Below are positions 41,553-50,426 of a DNA stretch of 64,000 nt, in pieces (the first letter of the stretch is position 1; each line of letters starts with the position of its first letter). Source of the DNA: Actinomycetes bacterium (GTDB lineage Bacteria > Actinomycetota > Acidimicrobiia > Acidimicrobiales > Bog-793). The position numbers and the translations under genes are program-made. The notes under the pieces were generated by a model that ran no database searches, had not been told where the DNA came from, and was given only the letters and a program-made list of their open reading frames with translations. Location: contig JAKCCH010000002.1 in the NCBI GenBank assembly GCA_021838945.1, positions 6,441 through 70,440 on the forward strand, in the 5' to 3' direction.

Positions 41553-42968
41553 ATGCCGCGAGACCCCACGGCGCACCGGCTCGACCAGCGGCTGGCGGCC
41601 GAGCAATCGCGCTCCCGGCTGCCGTCGGTCGCGGCCGGGATCGTCCGCAAGGGCAAGCTGGCCTGGTTCGGCTCCGCGGGGGAGGTCGACGGGGCGGCAC
41701 CGACCGAGGACACGCAGTACCGGTGCGGCTCGATCTCGAAGACGTTCGTGGCGGTCGAGGTCATGCGCCTTCGCGACGAGGGGCTCGTCGACCTCTCCGC
41801 CCCGATCGGCACGTACCTGCCCGAGCTCGCGCACGTGCCCTGCAACATCGCCCACCTGCTCTCGCACACCTCGGGTCTCCGGGCGGAGACCGCCGGTCCG
41901 TGGTGGGAGCGCACGCCGGGGGTGTCGTTCGCCGAGCTCGTCCAGTCCTCCGTGAGGGTCGTCGACCTGCTCGACAGCCCGGGTCGGCGGTTCCACTACT
42001 CGAACGTGGGCTACGCCGTGCTCGGCGAGCTGATCAGTCGCGTGCGCGCCGAGGCGTGGGACGACGTCGTCGACACCGAGTTGCTCAGAGCGCTCGGGAT
42101 GGTGCGGACGACGACCCACCCGGTGCGACCCTTCGCCGGCGGCCTCGGCGTGCACCCGCATGCCGACGTCGTCCTCTCCGAGCCCGAGCACGACGCAGTG
42201 TCGATGGCTCCGGCCGGCCAGCTGTGGACCACGGTCAGCGACCTCTGCCGCTGGTCGGCAGTTCTCGCCGGCCAACGACCGGACGTCCTTTCCCCGGAGA
42301 CGGCGGCCGAGATGCGAGAGCCGATCGCGATCTCGGACCTCCCGGACCTGCCGTGGACGACAGCCCACGGCCTCGGGATCCAGGTGTTCAACCGGGACGG
42401 GCGGCGCAGCTACGGACACTACGGATCGATGCCCGGCTTCCTCGCCGCCCTCCGGATCGACGCACCGACCGGAGACGGCGTGATCGTGATGACGAACACG
42501 ACCTCCGGCCTGGCTCCAACCCTGGAGGCAGAGCTGCTCTCCTCGTTCCAGGAGCACGAGCCGATGCCCGAGGAGGCGTGGAGCCCTGTGCGAGGCGGGG
42601 TCGACCGCGCTCTCCTCGAGATCACGGGAGCCTGGTACTGGGGGACGAGCGCCTTCGTGCTGTCGGTGTCGAAGAACGGGGACCTCTCCCTGCGGACGCT
42701 CGCCCTCGGGCGCGAAGCAGACTTCCGGCCCGCCGGCGACGACACATTCGTCGGGTTGTCGGGGTACTACGCCGGCGAGACCCTGCACATCGTTCGCGAC
42801 GAGGCCGGCCGGGTGAACGCCCTCGACATCGGATCGTTCATCCTCACCCGAGCCCCCTACGACCCGTCCGCCCCGGTGCCGGGGGGCGTCAGCGGGCAGG
42901 GCTGGACAGGTTCAGCTCCAGAGCCGGCGCGACACGTGCCCCTCCCCCACCTGCGCCGGCGGGACTGA
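41553..42968 (+). CDS. Serine hydrolase of the class C beta-lactamase/esterase family
   Basis: In-frame ATG 41553. The SxxK motif is YRCGSISKTF and the YxN motif is FHYSNVGY. The 3' end overlaps the convergent MFS gene by 80 nt. Confidence 0.8.
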   Translation: MPRDPTAHRLDQRLAAEQSRSRLPSVAAGIVRKGKLAWFGSAGEVDGAAPTEDTQYRCGSISKTFVAVEVMRLRDEGLVDLSAPIGTYLPELAHVPCNIAHLLSHTSGLRAETAGPWWERTPGVSFAELVQSSVRVVDLLDSPGRRFHYSNVGYAVLGELISRVRAEAWDDVVDTELLRALGMVRTTTHPVRPFAGGLGVHPHADVVLSEPEHDAVSMAPAGQLWTTVSDLCRWSAVLAGQRPDVLSPETAAEMREPIAISDLPDLPWTTAHGLGIQVFNRDGRRSYGHYGSMPGFLAALRIDAPTGDGVIVMTNTTSGLAPTLEAELLSSFQEHEPMPEEAWSPVRGGVDRALLEITGAWYWGTSAFVLSVSKNGDLSLRTLALGREADFRPAGDDTFVGLSGYYAGETLHIVRDEAGRVNALDIGSFILTRAPYDPSAPVPGGVSGQGWTGSAPEPARHVPLPHLRRRD

Positions 42969-44433
42969 CCGGAGGGCCCGGGGAGACCGGCTTCGGGACG
43001 AGCACGGCCGCGAGCGCCGACACGAGGGCGATCAAAGCAGAGATGCGGAACGCCAGCGTGTAGCCGGACGTCGCCGCCGCGAGCGGGCCGATGTGAGCCA
43101 CCGTGCCCGCCATCCGAGACGTTGCCACCGTCGCCAGCGCCGCCAGGCCGACGGCGCCGCCGATCTGGCGGGACGTGTTCACGAGGCCTGACGCGAGGCC
43201 GGCCTCCTGTGGGAGCACGCCGGAGGTGGCGACGAACGCGAGAGGCGTGAAGCACAGGCCGAGCCCGAGCGCGATGAGGACGCTCGGGACGAAGAAGGCC
43301 GACCAGTAGCCGGTCGAGACACCGAGCTGGCCGAACCAGAGCAGTCCGCCGGCCGAGAACAGTGCACCGACGACGAGGATGGGCCTCGGTCCGAGCCGCA
43401 CGAGCAGGCGGGACGACAGCTGGGCACCGAAGATGATCGCCAGCGTCTGGGGGATGAAGGCCAGTCCCGTGCCGATGGGCGTGTACCCGCGCACCTGCTG
43501 CAGGTAGAGCGACACGAAGAACCACATGGCGAAGAGTGCACCCGACAGCAGGAACATCGTCAGGTTCGAGCTCCAGATGGACCGGTGCCGGAACATGCGA
43601 AGCGGCATGAGCGGTGCCTTGGCGATCTTGGCCTCGAAGACGAGGAAAGCTGCCAGCAGCACCACGGCGCCACCGAGCGCTGCCACGGTCTCCCACGAGC
43701 CCCATCCGACGCTCGTGGAGCGGACGACACCGAGGACGAGGGAGCTGAGCCCGGCCGTCACGAGGACGGCCCCGGGCACGTCGGGGGGCGGTTGGTCGCC
43801 CACCGCTCGGCTTTCCTGCAGGTAGGCCCAACCGAGCAGCATGGCGGCGACGCCGATCGGGATGTTGATGAACAGGATCCAGCGCCACGACAGCTCCTCG
43901 GTCAGGACGCCGCCGAGCAGCGCCCCTGCTGCCCCGCCTGCGCCCGCCACAGCGCTCCAGATGCCCATCGCGCGCGAGCGCGCCCGCGGCTCGGTGAACG
44001 TCGTCGTGAGGATCGTCAGCGTTGTGGGTGAGAGGATCGCCCCGCCGACGCCCTGTGCAGCCCGGGCCGTGATGAGCCAGGCCTGGTCCTGGGCAAAGCC
44101 GCCGAGCAGGCTCGCCCCGGTGAACACGGCGAGACCGACGAGGAAGATACGACGGCGGCCGAGGAGGTCGGCAGTCCGGCCGCCGAGGAGCAGGAACCCG
44201 GCGAACGTCAAGGTGTAGGCGTTGAGCACCCACTGCAGCCCCGACTCCGAGAAGCCCAGGCTCGCCTTCATCGCCGGCAGCGCCACGTTGACGATCGAGA
44301 CGTCCAACAGCACCATGAACTGAGCGACGCAGGCGAGGGTGAGGACGAGCCAGTCGGGCGCGTGGCGCGTCCCGACCTTCGTCACGGATGCGCCGGCAGC
44401 ACGCGCGTCGGCTCCCTCGAGGTCCGTGGCCAT
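42889..44433 (-). CDS. MFS drug/H+ antiporter, 14-TM DHA2 (EmrB/QacA) family
   Basis: ATG 44433 (MATDLEG). FMVLLDVSIVNVALPAM, LNAYTLTFAGFLLLGGRTADLLGRRR and AAQGVGGAILSPTTLTIL. Confidence 0.85.
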   Translation of the reverse strand: MATDLEGADARAAGASVTKVGTRHAPDWLVLTLACVAQFMVLLDVSIVNVALPAMKASLGFSESGLQWVLNAYTLTFAGFLLLGGRTADLLGRRRIFLVGLAVFTGASLLGGFAQDQAWLITARAAQGVGGAILSPTTLTILTTTFTEPRARSRAMGIWSAVAGAGGAAGALLGGVLTEELSWRWILFINIPIGVAAMLLGWAYLQESRAVGDQPPPDVPGAVLVTAGLSSLVLGVVRSTSVGWGSWETVAALGGAVVLLAAFLVFEAKIAKAPLMPLRMFRHRSIWSSNLTMFLLSGALFAMWFFVSLYLQQVRGYTPIGTGLAFIPQTLAIIFGAQLSSRLLVRLGPRPILVVGALFSAGGLLWFGQLGVSTGYWSAFFVPSVLIALGLGLCFTPLAFVATSGVLPQEAGLASGLVNTSRQIGGAVGLAALATVATSRMAGTVAHIGPLAAATSGYTLAFRISALIALVSALAAVLVPKPVSPGPPVSPAGAGGGGARVAPALELNLSSPAR

Positions 44434-44482
44434 TAATTGGCAGCAACGCAAGGGCTGCGACCGGCATTCCCGGGCTGCACGG

Positions 44483-46765
44483 TCAGTCGCCGAGCCGCTC
44501 GACGAGCCACGTCACGATCTGCTGCTCGAGGTAGGCGCGGTCCTCCGCCTTGCGAGGCAGGTGCCGCTCCGAAGGCAGGCACAGCAACTGGTAGGGCTTG
44601 CGCGCCTCGATCAGTCGGTTTGCCAGGCGGGCGGTGTGGCGGAAGTGCACGTTCTCGTCGATGAGGCCGTGCACGAGCAGGAGGTCGCCGCGGAGAGACG
44701 CGACGTGGGCGAAGACAGAGCTCGCGGTGTAGCCGGTCGGGTTCGTCTCCGGCGTGCCCATGTAGCGCTCGGTGTAGTGCGTGTCGTAGCCGTCCCAGTG
44801 CGTGACGGGAGCGCCCGCGACACCCGCGCGGAAGACACCTGGAGCCCGCATCAGGCACTGCAGCGTCATGTAGCCGCCGTAGCTCCAGCCGTAGACACCG
44901 ACCCGCCGTGGGTCGGCAAGACCCCGCTCGACTGCCCACCGCACGGCCGCGACCTGGTCGGCCACCTCGACCTCCGACATCCGGTGGCGCAACGCCGCTT
45001 CGAAACGAAGGCCCCTCCTCGCACTCCCCCTGTTGTCCACGACGAGGACGGCGCAGCCGAGCCGCCGCAAGGCCTGTCGCCGGAGCGTCACCGTCGGCGA
45101 CCAGTCGTTCACGACGAGCTGGGCGTGCGGGCCCCCGTAGAGGCTCACGACGAGCGGTGGAGGTGGTGACGCTTGTATGCCAGAACCGGGAGGGTCTGAC
45201 ACGTCCGGACCCTCGGGCGAGTAGTAGAGGCCGTGGAGGACGGTGCCGTCGTCGGCCTCGAGGGTGACGAGCTCTGGCGGCGTGAGGCCGAGCTCGTCGA
45301 TCCGCGGATCGCGCCGGTCGGCCAGGACGGCGACCACGGTCGGCGACGAGCTGCCCGGTGCGAAGCGAAGAAGGCGGACCACCGGCGGGAGAGTGAGAGA
45401 CGAGTGGGTGTCGACGACGAACCCGCCACTGCCCGAGACCGTGACCGTGTGCGAACCGTCCTCGCTCGTGAGACGGCAGACCTCACCGCCTGCGAGAGGC
45501 ACCGCGTACAGGTGGCGCTCCGTCGGCCCGTCCTTCGTGCCGGTGAAGTAGGCGACACCCGCCTCCTCGTCCACGGCCTCGAGGCGGTCCACCTGCCAGT
45601 CGCCCCCGGTCAGCGTCCGCAACAGATCACCGCCGGCGGCCCGCACTTCGAGGTGACGGAAGCCGGACCGCTCCGAGCTCCAGAGCCACTCTCCCGCCGA
45701 GAGCTCCCGGAAGTCGTCGTGCAGGTTCACCCACGGCTCGACCACTTCGGTGTGGAGAACGGTCCGGACGCCGGTCGACGGGTCGAACGAACAGACCCGG
45801 AGCACCGTCTGATCCCGCGACTCGAGCTCTGCGAGGAGCGTGCCGTTGCGGGACCAGCAGACGCGGGCGAGATAGCCGTCGCCTTCCTCGACCCCGTCGC
45901 CGAGGTCCATCCAGACGGGTTCGCCACCGTCGGCGGACACCACTGCGAGGCGCACGTGACAGTTCGCCCTCCCGGCGAACGGGTACCGGTGGTCCTCCTG
46001 CGCCTCCGGCGGGAGGTCGTCACTTCCCTGGTGCACGATCCGGTAGACGGGCACGTGGCGCTCGTCCACTTCCTCGAAGGCCAAGAACCTCGAGTCCTTC
46101 GACCACCACAGCCCGTCCGCCCGATCCATCTCCTCCTGCGCGACGTACTCGGCGAGACCGTTCGTGACGCCCTCGGCCGCCGTCGTCGTCAGCCGGATTG
46201 GCGTCGAGCCGGCTCCCGCATCGCAGACGTACAGGTCCCCGCCGCGGACGAAAGCGAGCTTTTGACCGTCCGGGGACAGGCGTGGTGCCACGACCTCGCC
46301 GTCTGCTCCTGCTCCTGTTGCGAGGACGTGCTCGACCACGGGGCTCGCAACGTCCTGCGCAAGGCCGCGCACGAGCCTCACGCCATCGGGCAGGGGAACG
46401 AGCAGCGCGTCGGCGTCAGCGTCCTCGGCCCACACGGCCGAGGTGATGCCGAGCCCGACCTCGCGCGACCGTTCGCGGCGCAGGCGCTCCTCCAGGGTCA
46501 GTCCGGCCTCGTCGCGGGCGCCGCCATCGATCGCGATCTCGACCGGCTCGGGTGACTCAGCGGTGAGGTCGACCGCGAACAGCCGCCTGTCCAGCCCGCC
46601 TTCGGGGCTTTGGACATAGGTGAGCACCTTGCCACCCGGAGCAAAGGCGACCTGGACGGGGACTGCCATCCCGGGAAGCGGTAGGCGGGCGATCTCCTCG
46701 AACGGGATCGGCCTCCGGCCGATGGCGGGGCGCGGCGAGGAGGACGGCACGGGAGGACCAGTCAC
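44483..46765 (-). CDS. S9-family serine peptidase (dipeptidyl aminopeptidase / prolyl oligopeptidase-like)
   Basis: An N-terminal propeller-like region is followed by the catalytic GVYGWSYGGYMTL (GxSxGG). Later Asp and His contexts are LLVHGLIDENV and RHLP. GTG start. Confidence 0.85.
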   Translation of the reverse strand: MTGPPVPSSSPRPAIGRRPIPFEEIARLPLPGMAVPVQVAFAPGGKVLTYVQSPEGGLDRRLFAVDLTAESPEPVEIAIDGGARDEAGLTLEERLRRERSREVGLGITSAVWAEDADADALLVPLPDGVRLVRGLAQDVASPVVEHVLATGAGADGEVVAPRLSPDGQKLAFVRGGDLYVCDAGAGSTPIRLTTTAAEGVTNGLAEYVAQEEMDRADGLWWSKDSRFLAFEEVDERHVPVYRIVHQGSDDLPPEAQEDHRYPFAGRANCHVRLAVVSADGGEPVWMDLGDGVEEGDGYLARVCWSRNGTLLAELESRDQTVLRVCSFDPSTGVRTVLHTEVVEPWVNLHDDFRELSAGEWLWSSERSGFRHLEVRAAGGDLLRTLTGGDWQVDRLEAVDEEAGVAYFTGTKDGPTERHLYAVPLAGGEVCRLTSEDGSHTVTVSGSGGFVVDTHSSLTLPPVVRLLRFAPGSSSPTVVAVLADRRDPRIDELGLTPPELVTLEADDGTVLHGLYYSPEGPDVSDPPGSGIQASPPPPLVVSLYGGPHAQLVVNDWSPTVTLRRQALRRLGCAVLVVDNRGSARRGLRFEAALRHRMSEVEVADQVAAVRWAVERGLADPRRVGVYGWSYGGYMTLQCLMRAPGVFRAGVAGAPVTHWDGYDTHYTERYMGTPETNPTGYTASSVFAHVASLRGDLLLVHGLIDENVHFRHTARLANRLIEARKPYQLLCLPSERHLPRKAEDRAYLEQQIVTWLVERLGD

Positions 46766-46819
46766 GACGGCCGACGCTACAGGCGGTGGTTCGCGACCGC
46801 CTCAGGTAGCCTCGGAGCC

Positions 46820-47923
46820 ATGCGGTCGGTCACGGACCAGCTGGACTACACCGAGGCAGAGCTCCTCGCCGACCACGACATCACAGAGCCGCTCATGGCG
46901 AACGGCGTGCGCTGCCACGGCGGCTTCGACGCCGACGGCCGGTACTTCTCCCCACGGACGAAGAACCGCTGGCCGGCGATCCGCGCCTGGGAAGCCGAGC
47001 GGCAGGCGCAGTTCGGCACGCCGCTCCTCGACATCCCCCTCGAGACGTGGCCGGCGCCGTTCCCGAACGTCGAACAGTCGAAGTTCCTCTTACGGCGTGG
47101 CGTCACCGGGCCGACAGTGGCCACGTTGACGAGGATCGGGACGGTGGAGGGTTTCGGAGGGATGTTGCGGCTGCTCCCGATCCCGGACTTCCCGCGGGCC
47201 TTTGCCGAGGACGTCTCGTCCACGGCGACCGCTCACATCGACCGGGGGCTGTTCGAGGCCCATGCCCGCGACGAGGCGGGGTACGGCGAACAAGCCGGGC
47301 ACAAGGAGATGTGGTTCGTCTGCCGGGACATCGCGTTCGGCAACCCCGTGACCGAGGACGAGACCGCCCGGATGCTCGAGCGCATGGGCGTCGCCGGTCG
47401 GCCGAGGACAAAGGAGGAGATCGACAGGGCGCAAGCCGAGGCGTTCGCGAGCCGCCTCCTCCCCGACGGCGTCGACTACCGCCTCGAGGTCCTCGTGTCC
47501 CGCATGATCGGGCTTCTCCTCATCGAGATCTCCGCCTTCCACAGCTTCGCCTGGGCAGAGGACGTGCTCTCAGACGACGAGCTCGTCGCCGGTGAGGGCG
47601 AGGCTGCGCAGATCGTCCGGTACATCAGGGCTGACGAGTCGCCGCACGTGGCCTGGCTGCGAACCGCCCTGTCGGAGATGCGCGACCGCACGTGGGTCGG
47701 CGATGACGGCCGGCAGCACGCAGGGACGGAGATGATCGGGCGCTTGTGGGACCGTGCGGTGCACGAGTCACTCGGCGTGCGGCGCCAGGAGGCTCTCGCG
47801 GGGACCTGGCGCGAGCTCGAGTTCGAACTCGCCGGCCGGCCGGGCGCCGACGACCTGCTGGCGGAGATGATGAGCCTCGGCTCGGTCGTGCGGCACGAGG
47901 ACGGGACCTTCACCCAAACCTGA
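46820..47923 (+). CDS. Hypothetical soluble protein, family not recognised
   Basis: 367-aa ORF with consistently G/C-ending codons and a normal amino-acid composition. It has no TM segment or signal peptide. It is divergent from the S9 peptidase gene (54-nt spacer). Confidence 0.6.
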   Translation: MRSVTDQLDYTEAELLADHDITEPLMANGVRCHGGFDADGRYFSPRTKNRWPAIRAWEAERQAQFGTPLLDIPLETWPAPFPNVEQSKFLLRRGVTGPTVATLTRIGTVEGFGGMLRLLPIPDFPRAFAEDVSSTATAHIDRGLFEAHARDEAGYGEQAGHKEMWFVCRDIAFGNPVTEDETARMLERMGVAGRPRTKEEIDRAQAEAFASRLLPDGVDYRLEVLVSRMIGLLLIEISAFHSFAWAEDVLSDDELVAGEGEAAQIVRYIRADESPHVAWLRTALSEMRDRTWVGDDGRQHAGTEMIGRLWDRAVHESLGVRRQEALAGTWRELEFELAGRPGADDLLAEMMSLGSVVRHEDGTFTQT

Positions 47924-47932
47924 GCCCCGGCG

Positions 47933-48091
47933 CTACCGGTCCAGGTTGGCGCTCAGGAGGATCTCCGGCTCGAGCCCGAGCTCGCGCACGGCGTCGGTCG
48001 CGATGGCGGTGATGGTGAGGGCCGCAGTGGCGGCCTCCGGCGGGACCACGGCAGCCCTTCCGTGCCGGGCCGGCCATCGTGTGAGCGCCAT
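47933..48091 (-). CDS. Possible 52-aa small protein
   Basis: MALTRWPARHGRAAVVPPEAATAALTITAIATDAVRELGLEPEILLSANLDR. Almost every third codon position is G/C. The ATG lies 12 nt after the stop of the upstream phosphotransferase-like gene. No clear SD and no family recognised. Confidence 0.3.
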   Translation of the reverse strand: MALTRWPARHGRAAVVPPEAATAALTITAIATDAVRELGLEPEILLSANLDR

Positions 48092-48102
48092 CGCTCTCGA
48101 GC

Positions 48103-49242
48103 CTACGGAGCCCGTCTCTTCGAGCCCAGGTCGCCGACGAGCGAGCGCGAAGTCTCGAGGTCCTCGTACGCGGCCGCGTAGCGCTCGATGGTGCGCAGGC
48201 AGATGTCGAGAGGTTGAAAGCTCCCGGCGCCGATGGTGTGGAGCCAGGTCGCGAGGCCGAACGCCGGCGCTGCCCGGTACCGCTCCCAGGCATCCGCCCA
48301 CGTCGGCGCCCCGGCACTCGGGTCGACGCCGGCTCTCGCGAGATCCTCGAGATAGCCCCGGAGCAGATCCTGCTCGTGACGCCTGCGATCCGGAGGATCG
48401 AGGCTGCCGGCGACGAAGTAGCCGACGTCGTGCGACCAGCTCCCCGTCCTCACGAGCTGCCAGTCGAGAAAGCCGGTGACGCCTCCGACCGCGTAGGTGT
48501 TCGCCGGATGGGCGTCGCCGTGCAGCACGGTCTGCGGTCCATGCGAAGCGAGGAGGGCGCTCCGGCGGAACTGGCGCTCGAGCTGCCGGACACCGGTCCC
48601 GGCCGGCATCTGCGCCACAGTCGTCCCGTCCTGCGCGTCGCGCAGACGGCGACAGCCCCGTGCAAGGCTGAGAGCCGACACCGGTGCCCAGCCTCCACCG
48701 AGCTGCCAGGGCCGGAGGAAGGCGAGCTCCTGTGGGAGCGGGCGATCCCAATAGCGGGCGTGCAGGCGCGCCAGGCCGGCGAGGCCGGACCGCACTCGGG
48801 CAACCGAGAGCGGCTCGGTGCCGCGGGCGATGGCGCCGCCTCTGTTCGCCACATCGTCCACCACCACCACCCATTCGAGGCGACGGCGGTCGAAGGCGCC
48901 GCCGTAGGGCCTCGGGTGCTCGAGCGGGAGGTCGACGTGAGCTCCTGCCAGGCGGGCCTCGGCCGACCACGCTCGAAGGGCGAGGAGCGCCAGCCGGTGG
49001 AGCCAACGGCCGTGCATCTTCACGAACACCGTCGGCGGGTCGGAAGGCGAGCCTGCGCCACCCTCCCGGTACGTGAGGCGGAGGAGTGCCCGGCGGTTCG
49101 TGCCCTCCTCGGACTCGACCACATCCACCTCTCCCACCTCGGCCCCCGGAGAGCGTCGTTGCATCACAGCGCTCAGCCACGCCGGCGTGAGGCCGGACAA
49201 GGTCGAAGGGACGGCCAACACGCTCCGGCGACGGTAGTCCAC
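48103..49242 (-). CDS. Phosphotransferase-fold (APH/choline-kinase-like) protein
   Basis: GTG 49242 is chosen as the first start after the upstream stop. Kinase-like catalytic strings are VLHGDAHPANTY and FLDWQLVRTGSWSHDVGY. The remainder of ORF 48103..50328 is a shadow of the permease gene. Confidence 0.65.
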   Translation of the reverse strand: MDYRRRSVLAVPSTLSGLTPAWLSAVMQRRSPGAEVGEVDVVESEEGTNRRALLRLTYREGGAGSPSDPPTVFVKMHGRWLHRLALLALRAWSAEARLAGAHVDLPLEHPRPYGGAFDRRRLEWVVVVDDVANRGGAIARGTEPLSVARVRSGLAGLARLHARYWDRPLPQELAFLRPWQLGGGWAPVSALSLARGCRRLRDAQDGTTVAQMPAGTGVRQLERQFRRSALLASHGPQTVLHGDAHPANTYAVGGVTGFLDWQLVRTGSWSHDVGYFVAGSLDPPDRRRHEQDLLRGYLEDLARAGVDPSAGAPTWADAWERYRAAPAFGLATWLHTIGAGSFQPLDICLRTIERYAAAYEDLETSRSLVGDLGSKRRAP

Positions 49243-49280
49243 GCTCAGAGGCCCGCCCTGCCTCTTGCCGCCTCCGGCGC

Positions 49281-50426
49281 TCAGGCGTCTCGCGTCGCCA
49301 TCCGCCACACGCCGACGACCGACCACACGACGATCCACCCGACGATCACGCTGATCATCGCCCAGGTGGGCATGGGTGCGATGCCGAGCCCTCCGCCCCC
49401 GCCGAGGAGCACGTGGCGAGGTCCTCCGCCGCCTCCTCCCGCGACGCCGATCCGGCCGCCGGACAGCACGGCGGGCTTCAGCTGGTCCATCGCGACGCCG
49501 AAGAAGAGCCGCTGCCCGTTGATGAAGTACGGGATCGAAGCATGCGACATGATCGGCGTGATGATGATCTCGAGCACGATCAGCAACGTGACCACGACCG
49601 TCCGCTGCCCGAAGAGCGACCCGAGCCCGAGCCCGACGAGGAACCCGATCAGGATGTCCAGCTCGAGCCAGAGCCCGACCTTCGTCATCTCGCCCGCGGT
49701 CGGGTTGAACTGGGAGGTCTGGTTCGCCGAGTAGAGCGAGTAGATCGACGAGATGTGACGGTCGATGAACCGGTCGACGTTGTAGATCTGCCCCGGCCCG
49801 GTGAAGATGACCGCCCCCGTCGTGCCCGGATGGTCGACCAGGTACGTGCGGAGCTGCTGCTCGGAGAGGTTGGCGGTGATGGAGACCCCGTTCACGTTCA
49901 CCGTCTTCGGATTCGGTGTTCCGGCGAAGGCGGTGACGAGGCAGAGCGAGGCGAACGCGACGGCGACGAGGGGCAGCAGGATTGCAAGCCCGGCTGGGAT
50001 CCGCGCGAGGTAGAGGGCGACCCGCGACCGGCCCGTGATCACGAGGTGACGGAACATGCCGTCCGTCAGATCCGTCGACCCCGCCGTGGCGCCGATGGTG
50101 GCGGCGATGATGAAGCCGAAGGCAGACATCGGGTCGAGGAGGCTCGTGAACACACCCGGGCTCCCGGCCGGGCCGTAGCTCTTCGGAGCGAAGGCGTGGA
50201 AGAGCAGGCGGAGACCGAGGACCAGCCAGGGCAGCCCGATCGTGAGGATGAGGGTGGTGATCATGAGACCCCGCCGCTTGCGCAGCTCGAGAAGCCTCGT
50301 CGTGACGAGCGACCGGGTCGGGATCCACGAACCGCGGTGGTCGCCTGGTGTGGGAAGGGAGGTGGCGGTGCCGCTCTGTCCGGGCTCGGCACCGTGGGCG
50401 AGGACGCCGGTGTCGGTGGCCGTCAT
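49281..50426 (-). CDS. ABC-2-type transporter permease
   Basis: The ATG overlaps the ATPase stop (ATGA, 50423-50426). It has six or more hydrophobic helices and a large extracytoplasmic loop after TM1, as in ABC-2 permeases. It also has a Gly-rich loop GGRIGVAGGGGGGPRHVLLGGGGGLG. Confidence 0.7.
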   Translation of the reverse strand: MTATDTGVLAHGAEPGQSGTATSLPTPGDHRGSWIPTRSLVTTRLLELRKRRGLMITTLILTIGLPWLVLGLRLLFHAFAPKSYGPAGSPGVFTSLLDPMSAFGFIIAATIGATAGSTDLTDGMFRHLVITGRSRVALYLARIPAGLAILLPLVAVAFASLCLVTAFAGTPNPKTVNVNGVSITANLSEQQLRTYLVDHPGTTGAVIFTGPGQIYNVDRFIDRHISSIYSLYSANQTSQFNPTAGEMTKVGLWLELDILIGFLVGLGLGSLFGQRTVVVTLLIVLEIIITPIMSHASIPYFINGQRLFFGVAMDQLKPAVLSGGRIGVAGGGGGGPRHVLLGGGGGLGIAPMPTWAMISVIVGWIVVWSVVGVWRMATRDA

